Source: Eledone cirrhosa (Eukaryota). From it: DNA of 64,000 nt. The notes below the pieces were generated by a model. The model was not told where the DNA came from, searched no databases, and worked only from the letters and a program-made list of their open reading frames with translations. Position 1 is the first letter of the stretch. Every line of letters starts with the position of its first letter. The translations under genes and the position numbers were made by a program. This document shows positions 24,398 through 38,624 of this stretch, in pieces. The stretch is taken from NCBI GenBank assembly GCA_964016885.1, contig OZ024756.1:2790001-2854000 (forward strand), in the 5' to 3' direction.

Positions 24398-27300
24398 TTG
24401 AGAGTTGGCTGTTTGAACGCGCGTGGCCTGAGCTCAGCTTGGAAGCAAGCAAAGCTTCTAAGTGACCTCAGGTCACAAAGTATAGATGTGATGGTTGTTT
24501 GCGAGAGTCGGATCAGCAGCGTGAGACAGCTGGCGCCCGCCTTCGATGACTTTGAGATGCACGCATCTCTCTGTCAACCCGGAGGCGGGGGGGGGGGAGT
24601 TGCCGTACTGCTGGATAAACGTCTGACTCTCGACGTACAGATTGTTCACTCGGACCCGGGGGGTCGATTACTGGTGCTGGACGTCGGAGGTGGTGAAGGC
24701 GGGGCTTTCAGACTGGTCGGTCTTTATGCTCCCTTCGGGGCGGAGAGAGCCGACTTCTTCCAACGTCTGGAGACTTTTCTAGGAACGTCGCGTTCCCTGC
24801 TTTTAGTGGGGGACTGGAATGGAATCCTAGATGCGCGTTGGGACTATGCAGGGGCATGTCCCGATAGAGGGGGGTGTAGCAGCCTCAAGGGGTTACTCGA
24901 TCGATTCGACCTGGTCGATAGATTTCGACTAGATTGTCCAACTGCGCCAACCTGGACCTGGGCAAACCGCAGTGGACAATCTAGATCGTACCTAGATAGG
25001 TTTTTGGTTAGGAGTAAGGATAGGGACGTATTTAGTTGTCCAGAACTGATCATGGTTGGCTATTCAGATCACAAATTAGTGACCTGCGTGGTCAACCTTG
25101 ATAGAACGCATAGACAGGGTCCCGGTTACTGGAAGATGAACTTGTCCTTACCGACAAAGAAAGATTACAGAAACCGGATTAGTAGCTTAGTTAAGATGCG
25201 GTTGACGGGAGCGATCGTCAACAGTAGGTGGTGGATATCTCTAAAGAGAGAGATTAGAGTAAGTTCGATAGGTTACAGTAAGGAACTAGCGGCGAATAGA
25301 AATAGGAGGGAAAGGGAGTTAACAGATAAACTAGAAGAGGCGATTAGGAGCGGAGACGTAGCCAGAGTGTTAGCGACGAGAACGGCATTGAGCCAGTTCT
25401 TTGACGCGAAGCACGAAGGCTGCGTTGTCCGAAGTAAAATACGTGCTTTAGGAAACGAGGGGACCAAAGCTGTTAGCTGGGCCCGCGTGACAGAAGCCAA
25501 GAGTGGGATTAAATCCACCATTCGGTCTTTGCGAGACCAGGATGGACGGGTGATCCTTGAACCTGAGAAAATGTGCGAGAGCTTTCAAAGGCACTTTGCT
25601 CGACTGTTCGGAGGTGGCGGGGGGCCGGACGGGGATGTGGACTTCGGTCCATACCTCGACGGTCTACCGCGTCTTTCGAGCGGCGAAGCGGAGTGCTGCG
25701 AAGGGCCAATCACAGCCACTGAAATCGGGGAAGCGCTCAGCCAATGCAGCAGACGCAAATCCCCGGGTCTCGATGGTCTACCATACGAACTTTATTTAGC
25801 TATGCCGGTCTTGTTCTCCGAACTCCTCGAGGCTGTCTATTGCAACTGGCAACAGAACGGGAGAATTCCCTGTTCTGTGACCAAGGGCGTGGTCACGCTA
25901 GTGAGGAAGGACGAGAGCAAGGGGGACGACTTAAGTAACTTTAGGCCCATAACTCTGCTGAATGCAGAGTTACAGATTTTGGCCAAGGTGTTGGCGAAGA
26001 GGTTGGCGCTTGTGGTGGGTGGTTTGGTGGGAGACGCGCAGACATGCGCTATCCCGTCCAGGTCCATTCACGACAACCTCCACCTCATGCGATACATCAT
26101 AGAGAGGGTTGGCTACGAACCCGGCTTTGGTGGGGCCCTGATCAACTTGGATCAATCTAAGGCGTTCGATAGGGTCGACCATGGTTACCTGGATGCGGTG
26201 CTAGCGGCGGCGGGCTTCGGACCCGTTTTCAGGGGCTGGATTTCTGCCATGCACAGTGGCAACATCTACTCTAGGATTAAAGTAAACGGCTACCTCTCGG
26301 AGCCGTTTCAAATCACCCGATCCATCAGACAGGGGTGCCCCCTCTCCTCCCTTCTGTACGTATTGACTCTCGAGCCACTGCTGCGGAAGTTGGAGTTGCT
26401 GCGGGGCATACCCCTGGAACCGGGATTGCACAAAGCGGTCTCGGCCTATGCCGACGACGTAACAGTAATGGTGGCGGACGCCTCGGAAATCGGGGCGATC
26501 GCCACCCTACTGGAGGAATACGAAAGGCTGACGGGGGCTAAGCTGAACCAGGACAAGTCAGTCGGTTTGCAACTCGGAACGTGGAGGGGCAAACCGATGC
26601 CGTTAGACGGTGTCGTCGGGCGGTGGACGGAGGGCCCGGTGAAGCTGCTCGGGGTCTGGTTCGGACCGGACCTCCAGGTGGAGAAGAATTGGGGCGAGGT
26701 GACGAGCAGGGTGTTTGCGCTGACCCAGAAGTGGGCCAAGTGCAAACTATCACTGAAAGGTCGGGCGGAGGTGACGAACGCTTACATAGCGTCCGTCATC
26801 TACTACCGCCTGACCGTCGTGCCTTGCCCCAAGGAAAAGCTCACCATCATGGAACGCATGCTCTTCCAGTTCCTCTGGAAGAAGCGGCCTCCCATGGTGA
26901 GGAGATCCATCTGCTGCCAGCACCCTTCGAAAGGAGGGCTGGGTATGCCGTGGCTGTTGATGCGTAGGCACGCATTGAGGCTACGGCATCTACAGGTATT
27001 CCTCAACGGTCAGCCGGTGTGGGCCCCGTTTGTGAGGCGAGCCTTCCCACAGCTCGTCTCGCTCACCGAACTGCAATCCTGGGTGAAGCAAAGACCGAGA
27101 AAACTGGGCAACTGGCACACTGAGTGTGCCCAGGCGCTCACGGCTATCTGGCAAGCGGACCCGACTGTCAGTGGAGAATCCACCTCGACATTCTATAGAG
27201 GGTTGGTGGCTAGCAGGGGCGACGACACCCTTGGAGAGTCGCTAGGCATGGAGGAGGACGAACTGGCCAGCCTGTTCGGTAGAACTTTCGGCCCGGGACC

Positions 27301-27829
27301 CATGGACAACTTCCAGAGGTCCCTAGCCTGGCAGTGTTACCGGGGGGCTCTGCCCGTTCGAGAAAAGCTCTACAGACACGGGCGCCCGGGCAGGGATCCC
27401 GCGAAAAAGATCTGTCCCAGATGCGTGCGCGACGAGGAAACCGTTGCGCATGCACTGGTACACTGCCCGGGCGTTGCCGATCTGTGGGGCTACGTCGAAC
27501 GACTGCTGTCGCGTGTGGCGCCGATTCGATTAACCGCCGAGTCTGTGGTGAACATCAAGCCGCCTCCTCCCTTCAGAAATGAAGCAGAGGCGGTCTTTCT
27601 GTGCGTAATAGCCATGATGAAAGAGGTTGTGTGGTGGACGCGCCTGAAAGGTCTGAGGTCGGGTGACTTTCTCTCCGGCCATCACCTGGTTTACTTCTTC
27701 CGATACCACTTCGGAAGAAGAATCAGGATGGAGAGAGAAGTGCTTGGTCCCAGACAGTTTTATGAAAGGTGGGTGAAAGAAGCGAGAATGGCCCGTGTAA
27801 ATGGGCCTTCTCTCTACATTGTTCTGTAG
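24398..27829 (+). CDS. LINE ORF2: APE endonuclease, reverse transcriptase and C-terminal zinc finger
   Basis: Motifs LNARGL, GDWN, SYLDRF, SDH; KSPGLDG, FRPITLLN, KAFDRV, RQGCPLS, YADD; CPRC...HALVHC. Confidence 0.96.
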   Translation: MRVGCLNARGLSSAWKQAKLLSDLRSQSIDVMVVCESRISSVRQLAPAFDDFEMHASLCQPGGGGGGVAVLLDKRLTLDVQIVHSDPGGRLLVLDVGGGEGGAFRLVGLYAPFGAERADFFQRLETFLGTSRSLLLVGDWNGILDARWDYAGACPDRGGCSSLKGLLDRFDLVDRFRLDCPTAPTWTWANRSGQSRSYLDRFLVRSKDRDVFSCPELIMVGYSDHKLVTCVVNLDRTHRQGPGYWKMNLSLPTKKDYRNRISSLVKMRLTGAIVNSRWWISLKREIRVSSIGYSKELAANRNRRERELTDKLEEAIRSGDVARVLATRTALSQFFDAKHEGCVVRSKIRALGNEGTKAVSWARVTEAKSGIKSTIRSLRDQDGRVILEPEKMCESFQRHFARLFGGGGGPDGDVDFGPYLDGLPRLSSGEAECCEGPITATEIGEALSQCSRRKSPGLDGLPYELYLAMPVLFSELLEAVYCNWQQNGRIPCSVTKGVVTLVRKDESKGDDLSNFRPITLLNAELQILAKVLAKRLALVVGGLVGDAQTCAIPSRSIHDNLHLMRYIIERVGYEPGFGGALINLDQSKAFDRVDHGYLDAVLAAAGFGPVFRGWISAMHSGNIYSRIKVNGYLSEPFQITRSIRQGCPLSSLLYVLTLEPLLRKLELLRGIPLEPGLHKAVSAYADDVTVMVADASEIGAIATLLEEYERLTGAKLNQDKSVGLQLGTWRGKPMPLDGVVGRWTEGPVKLLGVWFGPDLQVEKNWGEVTSRVFALTQKWAKCKLSLKGRAEVTNAYIASVIYYRLTVVPCPKEKLTIMERMLFQFLWKKRPPMVRRSICCQHPSKGGLGMPWLLMRRHALRLRHLQVFLNGQPVWAPFVRRAFPQLVSLTELQSWVKQRPRKLGNWHTECAQALTAIWQADPTVSGESTSTFYRGLVASRGDDTLGESLGMEEDELASLFGRTFGPGPMDNFQRSLAWQCYRGALPVREKLYRHGRPGRDPAKKICPRCVRDEETVAHALVHCPGVADLWGYVERLLSRVAPIRLTAESVVNIKPPPPFRNEAEAVFLCVIAMMKEVVWWTRLKGLRSGDFLSGHHLVYFFRYHFGRRIRMEREVLGPRQFYERWVKEARMARVNGPSLYIVL

Positions 27830-28416
27830 GTGAAGAAGTGAAGAGGAAAGGGGGAGCGCCTCCTCTCTGGGCTTCCCCCGCGAAAAGAGTTGCACACTTT
27901 TCGGGGGTATGTGCAATCCCCAACACGCCCCCTCCCTTTTGAGGACTTTTTATTGTTATATTATTATTGTTATTCCTTTTTTCTTTACTCGATTTATGTA
28001 AACTCCCCCACTGTGTAAATGTCCCCTTCTTTTGTGCCCTCGTGGCAAATAAATAGAAATTTATCTATCTCACTCTATCTTTCTCTCCATCCCTCTCCCC
28101 CTCCCTCTCCCCCCCTCTCTCTACGTTATTTGGTATCATTTCATCATATTATCAGTTTTCCTCTAGTAAACAAAACAAGTACGAAAGCCAGCCAAAGCCA
28201 ACCAAAGAGAGACCCCAGAATCTCTGGTGTCCTCCATCGCAACTGAGATATAATTAGTACAGTCCCTCTGGTATTAATTAGTAGTACTGGAAAGAACTTT
28301 CGAGAAAATAATAACATCCCCCGCAAATTCTCTCACCAGTCCAGCGCAGCACTACTCCCCCTCTGCCTTCATAGATACGTGTCTAGTAAATAAACACACT
28401 CGCGAAACCCCAACCA

Positions 28417-28484
<68 letters not shown>

Positions 28485-28554
28485 ATATACATATATATGA
28501 AAAGAACATGAGAAGAAAGAAGAATACTGCGTGGTTGCACATGGGTTACATATG

Positions 28555-28597
<43 letters not shown>

Positions 28598-28601
28598 TAC
28601 A

Positions 28602-28641
<40 letters not shown>

Positions 28642-28675
28642 AATATATATATATATATATAGAGAGAGAGATACA

Positions 28676-28729
<54 letters not shown>

Positions 28730-28809
28730 TACATATTTATATATATATATATATATATACATAAATATATTGGATTTTAGTCTTCAAATTTATTATTATT
28801 ACATAAATA

Positions 28810-28937
<128 letters not shown>

Positions 28938-29057
28938 GTGTATATGTATGTGTGTGTGTGTCTGTGTGCGTGTATGTGTGTGTGTGTATGTGCGTATGTG
29001 TGTATGTACAAAGAGAATGCGTGTGAGGGTGGAGCTAGTTAGATAGACATACGCATA

Positions 29058-29130
<73 letters not shown>

Positions 29131-29240
29131 GTATATATATATATTTATGTATGTGTGTGTGTGAATATATATATATATAAAAGTTATACAAATATTTGCA
29201 ATGCATGCATTTATATGATATATGAATATGCGTAGGTTCG

Positions 29241-29299
<59 letters not shown>

Positions 29300-29350
29300 A
29301 CCCCATATAATTATATATACATTACATATACCAATATATTACTGAGAATA

Positions 29351-29392
29351 GTGTTACTGATGATGTACGTAAGCACTGAAATATGTGAACAC
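29351..29392 (+). ncRNA. Degenerate hammerhead motif
   Basis: GTGTTa-CTGATGA-tGTaC-GTAA-GcACt-GAAA-TATGTG-AACAC. The cleavage-site region is altered. Confidence 0.45.
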
Positions 29393-29899
29393 CTGTAGGA
29401 TTGATGGTGTTAACCCATGAATTATAAATTCCAAATCCATCTGCTGTTACATTGGATGTCCTACAGATTTAAATATTGAAACTTGCCCATCATCAGAAGA
29501 TAGAATGAGAAATAAGAGATGAAATAGAATGATATAAAGTGAGAAAAAGGAAAGAATAGGAAAAAACGCCATTTTTTAAAAGAAAAAAACTCGCGTGTAT
29601 AAAGTCAGCCATTTTGAAGATTGTAACTGGAGCAAGGTTTTTCACTTTAACGTTGTTTTACATTATATTTTTTTTAAATTGTTTTTATTCATTTTTGTAG
29701 AAACACATGCACACCATATCTTAATTTTTCATGTGAGCTATGCGCATCCCACCGAGGTTAACTTTGCCTTTCATCCCTCCGGGGTTACAACTTCTATCAT
29801 GACCTGTCACCTCTTCTATCAGGTGACTCTATAATCTCGTTCCTTTGTCTTCGTTCTTCCACACCATTCATATTATTATTATTATTGTTATTACTCTTT

Positions 29900-30224
29900 G
29901 AGTCTCAGTCATTGATGTTAGTTAACTGGAAAGTTTGGTGAGATGAATATCAAGCCACTACCTGCAGCCTCAGATATTCAGGACGTATCGGAGGGTTCTT
30001 GCTGTTCCCAGCAAGCATGCCCTTTGAAGCGTTCTAAAAAACGTGAAGGGGCCAATTTTCTTTAACCATCCCTGGAAACTTTTTGAGATAGTCCCTAGTG
30101 CGCCTATGACAATCGGGATCACTCTGACTTCATGGCAGTTCCAAATCCTTTTTACCTCCCACTTTAAGTCCTGGTGTCGGTTAATTTTCTCCCTCTCCTT
30201 CTCTTGCACTCTCGTGTCGAATGG

Positions 30225-30225
<1 letters not shown>
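29900..30225 (-). pseudogene. R4/Dong-like LINE 3' end within (TAA)n
   Basis: Peptide EKINRHQDLKWEVKRIW...PIVIGALG...LQRACLLGTARTLRYVL, flanked by (TTA)n on both sides. Confidence 0.8.
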
Positions 30226-30285
<60 letters not shown>

Positions 30286-31087
30286 CTGAGTTAAAATTCC
30301 GGTGAGATTAACTTTGCCTTTCATCCTTACGGGGTCGATAAAATAAAGTACCAGTAATATACTGGGGTCGATTTAATCGACTTTCCCCTTACCCCAAATT
30401 ACTGGCCTTGTGCCTGTACTAGAAATCATTATTATCAGGGCGATAGATTGGTAGTATCGGTAGAGCGTCAGACTCCCTGCTTCACTGCATAGAGTTACCG
30501 TCCTTTACGTTCTGATTTCAAATCCTACCGAGGTTGACTTTACCTTTCATCCTTACGGGGTCAATAAAATAAGGCACCAGTAATGTACTGGGGTCGATTT
30601 AATCGACTTTTTCCTCCACAAAAATTGTTGGCCTTGTGGATATAGTAGAAATAGACGAACAAACTATATATTTTCGCCTGTTTTAAAACTGCGGCAGTTA
30701 CAAGAGAGGGAGAGATCGCCATGACGAGAACGAGTTGAGTTCGAAATACATCGACGATTGTCCCCCTTGCTTCTGCTGGGTACCACCTGGTGGTATTAGT
30801 TATGGTTTTCTAAACGTTTATTTATAAACATACCTTATTTCTTTGAAATACGAAATTGAAATACATATTTGTATACAGCTATGTTCGAAGCTAAATTATA
30901 ATTCTATTCTATTAGTATCAGTAGAGGGTCGGGCGCCATGCTTTCCAGCATAGTTACGTCCCTTTACGATTTGAGTTCAAAATCCCGCCGAGGTTGACTT
31001 TGCCTTTCATCCTTACGGGGTCGATAAAATAAAGTACCAGTAATGCACTGGGTAATTGCTGGCCTTGTGCCTAAAGTAGAGACAATT
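30286..31087 (+). mobile_element. Cluster of three S1 SINE copies (30286-30428, 30438-30655, 30912-31087)
   Basis: Repeated CTTTCATCCTTACGGGGTC(G/A)ATAAAATAA core. Confidence 0.85.
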
Positions 31088-31156
31088 ATTATTGCTGTTG
31101 TTGTTGTTACTGTATACATATATAAACATATGTGAAATAATAGATTATATGGTACA

Positions 31157-32213
31157 CTAGCTGAATTACCTGACATTGCCCGGGTTACTGCTGTTCTTAT
31201 TCAGAGTAGTAAACAATAAATATGAAGATATGTTTTTTTTTACTCATAATTATTTCAAAATATCTATACTTTATGAAAGAAATATCAAAATTATAATTGT
31301 TTCTACTTTTGCAATTACCAGTGTATTACTGGTACTTTATTTTATCGACCCCATAAGGATGAAAGGCAAAGTTAACCTCGGCGTGATTTGAGTTCAGAAT
31401 GGCAAGGGCCGTAACTCTATGCATTAAAGCATGGCGTCCGACCCTCTACCGATACTGCCAATCCATACCAAAACTATAATGATAATAGAATTTAGAAATG
31501 AAAATCTGTGAAACTTGAAGCACCTTAGGATAAACAATATTCATTGCGCAACATTTTGTTGTTGTCCAAATGAATAAATTGTTGCTACACACTCACACAC
31601 ATACACTCTCACATACATATACTAAGGCAGACACACACAGACATACATTCATGCAGACACGTGCATAGCTTTTCACCTCATTTTTTTGACAGTCGCTACA
31701 TAGGTATATGTATGTGTAGATGTGGGTGTATTTAATAACGTACCTAACGAACGCGCACACACACTCACAGACACATACACAATCATATACAAAACGTGAC
31801 ATCGTTGTGTTATTTTTCTATTGTTTTAATCCAAATGAAAATGAAGATTATTACACATAGACTCACACACACATTCAATCTCACACACATACACTCACAC
31901 ACACAGCTACGTCCTAATGACGTAATGCAGACAGCAGGCATACAGACAGATATTATAAGGGTGCAACGTTATATCTATGTATATATCTAAAAAGAGAAAG
32001 ACTAAGAATTATAGAGAGAAATCGCTAAATCGCCTAATGCGGTCCCTAGGGCATGGAAAATTTGAAATAATTTTTTTTGCTCAAATCACTCAAACGACCA
32101 TAAGTATTACATGTGTAAAGTTTGAAAACAATCGGTTGGGTGGTTCTCGAGTTTTAATGATCGGACAGAGAGACAGACAGACAGACAGACATTCTCTGTT
32201 TTAGATATATAGA
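31157..32213 (-). mobile_element. Non-autonomous Helitron-like element with a nested S1 SINE (31297-31465)
   Basis: The minus strand starts TC-TATATATCTAAAACAGAGAATGTCTGTCTG and ends with a hairpin plus CTAG. Homologous to 57134-58317. Confidence 0.65.
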
Positions 32214-32599
32214 TATTATATTGTTTGAATCCAAATGAAAATAAAAATTACATGTTGACATTCCCGGGGTAATATTACATTGTAAAATATGATTTGATTT
32301 GGTCCAGCCGTTTGATCTTGCATAGGAACAGACAGACAGACAGAGAGATAGAAAGAATTATATATATAGATTACCATTAGCTTGGCACATGTAAATTGCT
32401 TCACTTAAAGATTAACTGGTTAAGTTTTAATAAGGTAACGTATCGATATGGTTGATCAACCGGTGAGTCGAGTCAACAACCTCTTTTGGATGTAAAGGAA
32501 GAAAAACGCCTTACATATAACTTTGATGCCAATGTATGTACATGACTTTTACATATTATACACAAATAATTTCGTGGCTTTGGGCCCAAGTAGCAAAAG

Positions 32600-32652
32600 T
32601 CATCATCGTTATCATCCACAACATCATCCACAACATCATCCACAACATCATC

Positions 32653-32707
<55 letters not shown>

Positions 32708-32714
32708 CCATCAT

Positions 32715-32770
<56 letters not shown>

Positions 32771-32865
32771 CCATCACCATCACCATAATCATCAAACACC
32801 ACCACCACTATCATCATCATCACCCCCCACCACCATCACCACCACCACCACCACCACCATCATCA
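32600..32865. repeat. (CAT)n/(CAC)n trinucleotide tract
   Basis: Direct inspection. Confidence 0.95.
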
Positions 32866-33124
32866 GTAGTGACTACAAAGGCCGAACTCATCACTGATTA
32901 TTATTAATTATATTTCACATGCCAAAGAGTAAGGTAGACGGAACCATGTATATATTATACATAAATATATACATACATTTATGTACATATATATATATGT
33001 ACATATATATATATATATATGTACATATATATATGTACATATATATATATATATATCTACATATATATATATATGTACATATATATATATATGTACATTT
33101 ATATATATATATATATATATTTTC

Positions 33125-33160
<36 letters not shown>

Positions 33161-33161
33161 G

Positions 33162-33196
<35 letters not shown>

Positions 33197-33197
33197 G

Positions 33198-33253
<56 letters not shown>

Positions 33254-33471
33254 CATATATATATATATGTAGGAGTGAGGTAGAGTGAAAGACGAGGGGA
33301 TGTTATATAGAATGATAACCTTCATAGCAAAGATTTTGGCAGGTTTTACGGCATTTTAAATCTGTTCCCCATCTGAGCATCGTTGAGAGATAATCGGATC
33401 GGTTGCGTAACTAAAATAAACTCCATCTTTATTGTACATGGATATATACATATATATACATATATATATGT

Positions 33472-33567
<96 letters not shown>

Positions 33568-33610
33568 GAAAGGTATAAAAAATATTGTAGCAGAGAGCCA
33601 ACAGTATTCC

Positions 33611-33648
<38 letters not shown>

Positions 33649-33711
33649 TATATATATATTTATATATATATATATATGAGTATATATATATTTATATATA
33701 TATATATATGA

Positions 33712-33770
<59 letters not shown>

Positions 33771-33965
33771 CATACATACACATATGTATATATATACACA
33801 CATATATATATATATATATGGAAGTATATATATATGTACATATATATGAGTGTATATAAATGTATATATATATAAATATATATATACATATATATGAGTG
33901 TATATAAATGTATATATATATATAAATATATATATATATACATATATATGAGTGTATATAGATGT

Positions 33966-33996
<31 letters not shown>

Positions 33997-34035
33997 CATA
34001 TATATGAGTGTATATAGATGTATATATATATATAA

Positions 34036-34068
<33 letters not shown>

Positions 34069-34414
34069 CATACACACGCACATATATATACATACACACA
34101 CATATATATATACACACACACACGCATATATATACACACACATATATATATATATACATACACACACATATATTGCATATGAATACTTTAAATTATCACA
34201 TTCTGCAGAAATAATTGTATGGCTATCGGCCCAGGTAAGAAATCATCATCAGCAGCAGCAGTAGCAGGAGCAGCAGCAGCAGTAGCAGCAGCAACACCAT
34301 CATCATCAACTGTAGCAGCACTATAACCGACAATAGCAACCTATGGCAGCTACAGAAAAGTAGATAGACTCATACATTTACGTGTAGATGTATATATACA
34401 CTCACTCTCACACA

Positions 34415-34483
<69 letters not shown>

Positions 34484-34524
34484 GATAGTAAACAAATGGA
34501 AACTATATTTATAAAACCATATTT

Positions 34525-34589
34525 ATTTCATTATACATATTTCAGGGATACCATATTAAAAATATGGCATGCCTTCGTCAGATAAAATA
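34525..34589 (-). ncRNA. Type I hammerhead ribozyme in a family H element (34482-34825)
   Basis: ATTTTAT-CTGACGA-AGGcATGCCATATT-TT-AATATGGTATcCCT-GAAA-TATGTA-TA-ATGAAAT. Confidence 0.85.
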
Positions 34590-34821
34590 CAATATATAAA
34601 CTGTTTTATAAATAATTTTGACGTACCATAAATATTGAGCAACCGTTATGTAGGAAGCCGGTTTGGTATCCCTGAAATATGTATAATGAAATAAATATGG
34701 TTTTATAAATATAGTTTCCATTTGTTTAATATCGTATATCTACTCCAAAAACTTGTCGAGTGCTTTATATCGGTTATAAAATATTTACTTGTTGTAACCC
34801 AACAATTTTAAATAAAACTTT

Positions 34822-34854
<33 letters not shown>

Positions 34855-34859
<5 letters not shown>

Positions 34860-35280
34860 TTCAAAATATTAACAAAAATAGACCTTCGTGTGATCAAGTA
34901 TATTTAATTATACATATTTCAGAGGCACTGAGCTAACTTCAACAGTACGTCCTCATCAGATAAAATAAGATGATGCATGACATACCCTGACTTAGTAGAT
35001 GGTTAAGATTCAGTCATGACTACCATGACTGAACCTTAACCATCTACTAAGTCAAGATATGTCATGCATCAACTTATTTTATCTGATGAGGACGTACTGT
35101 TGAAGATAGCTCAGTACGTCTGAAATATGTATAATAAAATATACTTGATCACACGAAGGTCTATTTTTGTTAATATTTTTAATTAATATTAATAACTCCG
35201 GAAAACCAATTTGTTGAGTGCTTCCAATCTATTGTAAAACTCATTCTTTCATTTATTCATTGAACCTTGTTTAACCTTTA
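34855..35280 (+). mobile_element. Family I palindromic hammerhead element
   Basis: Arms at 34855-35018 and 35024-35187 with a 5-nt spacer, then a unique tail. Flanked by (TA)n. Confidence 0.88.
35075..35141 (+). ncRNA. Type I hammerhead ribozyme (mirror copy on - at 34901-34967)
   Basis: TATTTTAT-CTGATGA-GGACGTACTG...CAGTACGTCT-GAAA-TATGTA-TA-ATAAAATA. Confidence 0.9.
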
Positions 35281-35380
35281 TATATACCCACACACATACA
35301 CACACATTCACACACACACATATATATATACACATATAGATGTCCACACACACACACTCACACACACAGACACGTTCATG

Positions 35381-35415
<35 letters not shown>

Positions 35416-35583
35416 ACATACATACATACACACACACACGCATACCCACACACAAACACACACACATATATATATGTATATATATGTATCCACCTATAGA
35501 TGTATGCACACATAATCTCACACGCACACACATTCATGCATATATATATATATATATATAAGTATATATATATATGTATTTAT

Positions 35584-35632
<49 letters not shown>

Positions 35633-35693
35633 TATATATATATATAGAATAAGGAAATAGAAAGTAGTTTAGATGAAAAAGTCCTTTATTGAT

Positions 35694-35777
35694 AAGGCTG
35701 TTATACGTATTTCGATGACGACAGTGGCCACGTGATACAGCATAGTACCCGGTGTCCTGCGCTCATCAGACAGCTTC
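35694..35777 (-). ncRNA. Type I hammerhead ribozyme with a long imperfect stem II
   Basis: GCTGT-CTGATGA-G...C-GAAA-TACGTA-TA-ACAGC. Stem III carries the palindrome TACGTA. Confidence 0.7.
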
Positions 35778-35884
35778 TTATATAATAAAGTTGGAGTCAG
35801 GTAATCCAACATTGAAGTGACATGGGATCGGACAAACCCGACGTTCAAGAAGCGAATACCCGTTCCCCTGTGGAACGCTCGCCC

Positions 35885-36505
35885 CGACCAATACACCTCC
35901 TCCACTACCATGACTACCCTACCTCCATCTCGACCAATACAACACCACCACCACCACCACCACCACCCCGCCTCCATCCCGACCAATACACCACCACCAC
36001 CACCACCACCATAACCACCCCACCTCCATCCCGACCAATACACCACCACCACCACCACCACCATAACTACCCCACCTCCATCTCGACCAATACACCACCA
36101 CCACCACCACCACCACCATAACCACCCCACCTCCATCCCAACCAATACACTTCCTCCACCACCACCACCACCACCACCTCCATCCCGACCAATACACCCC
36201 CCCATCCCGACCAATACACCACCACCACCACTACCACCATAACCACCCCACCTCCATCCCGACCAATACAACACCACCACCACCACCACCATAACCACCC
36301 CACCTCCATCCCGACCAATACAACACCACCACCACCACCACCATAACCACCCCACCTCCATCCCGACCAATACAACACCACCACCACCACCACCATAACC
36401 ACCCCACCTCCATCCCGACCAATACAACACCACCACCATAACCACCCCACCTCCATCCCGACCAATACACAACCACCACCAGCACTACCCCACCCCACCA
36501 ATACA
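35885..36505. repeat. ~48-bp (CCA)n-containing minisatellite
   Basis: Repeated CCTCCATCCCGACCAATACA-(CCA)n-TAACCACCCCA. Confidence 0.9.
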
Positions 36506-36657
36506 ACCGTCACCACCACCACCACCACCACCACCACCACTATCAACAACAACAACAACAACATCACCATAACAATGACAAAACAATTATAATAACAAAA
36601 ACAACACTGCACTGAAACCGTTTATTCAATGCCTTAGCTGTACAGTATTGTGTACCC

Positions 36658-36688
<31 letters not shown>

Positions 36689-36800
36689 ACATATATATAC
36701 ATATACACATATATATATATATATATACGATTGGATGTGTCTGTATATATATATATTTATATATGTATAAAACTATACATACACACACACATGTATATAT

Positions 36801-36849
<49 letters not shown>

Positions 36850-36957
36850 CACACACATATATATATATATATATATACACATACACACGCACATATATAT
36901 GTGTGTATGCATATATATATATATATGCATACACACACACATATATATGTGTGTGTG

Positions 36958-37070
<113 letters not shown>

Positions 37071-38564
37071 GTGCATACACACAGCTGTAATATGTGCTCT
37101 ATTGAAAGTATTCAACGCTGTAAATAGGATTTTAAAATGACTGTTTTCCCCGTTGTTGAGACCGTGTTTTTCTCTTTGTTCTGCCGTGAAAATACAAACA
37201 ACAACAAATACAACAACAACACACAAACAAATAAAGGAAAGTTCTGGGGTCAAAGGTCAAATATCCCCAAAAAACTCCACCTCGATAAACTTTCTTTTCA
37301 ATCTTATCTCTTTTCCAGATTTTGAACTCTTTTACGTTTTCATTAGCAAAGATTTAGACCTCTTGTAAACCTTTATAATGTATACCGTGTGATACAGATA
37401 CACACACACACACACACACACACTTACATACACACACATATTTATATAGAAACCAGCACACGTATATATATACACACACACACACTTGCATACACTACGC
37501 ACACACATATTTATATAGAAACCAGCACACGTATATATATATATACACACACACACACTTACATACACACACATATTTATATAGAAACCAGCACACGTAT
37601 ATATATATACACACACACACTTACATACACAGACAGACATTTATATACATCAACCACACTTATACACACACACACATACACACCCTTACATACTCACACG
37701 CACATATTTATATAGAAACAACCACACGTATATACACACATACACACACACACACACACACTTACATACTCATAAACACACACATATTTATATAGAAACC
37801 AGCACACGTATATATATACACACACACATACTCACACACACACACATATTTATATAGAAACAACCACACCTATACACACACACACACACACATATTTATA
37901 TAGAAACAACCACACCTATACACACATACACACACATACTTATACAGACACACACACTTACATACACATACAGACACACACATATTTGTATAGAAACAAC
38001 CACACGTATACACACACACACACACTCTTACATACTCAAACGCACACACGTTCATATATAAACAACCACACGTATACACATACACACACACATTCATATA
38101 TAAACAACTTACATTGTCATTTTCAAAGACGTACACACCTGCATGCATACATATACACACACATACATATACACACACACCTACATGAACACACATACAT
38201 CCATACAGACAAAATATACACATACATATACACACACATACAAACATACATACATATATGCATACGTACATACATACTTACACACATGCATACATACATA
38301 TATGCATACATACATGCATACATACGTACATACATACTTACACACATGCATACATACATATATGCATACATACATGCATTAATACGTACATGCATACTTA
38401 CACACATGCATACATACATGCATACATGCATACATAAATTCATACACACGTACGTACATATATACATACATGCATACATATTGACATACACACACATATA
38501 TATATGGTCCGGGAGATACGTACATGCATACTTACACACATGCATACGCACATGCATACATACA

Positions 38565-38624
<60 letters not shown>

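Larger units (their letters stand above)
22355..28060 (+). mobile_element. Full-length Tx1-like (L1 clade) non-LTR retrotransposon
   Basis: Two long uninterrupted ORFs and a short 3' UTR ending AAATAAATAGAAAT. Both flanks are TATC/TC microsatellite, with a possible TSD TATCTATCT. Confidence 0.92.

Noticed and set aside
32523-32897. Poly-His ORF, and the Thr/Val-rich ORFs at 61669-62274
   Set aside because: They arise from trinucleotide repeats that are open in most frames.
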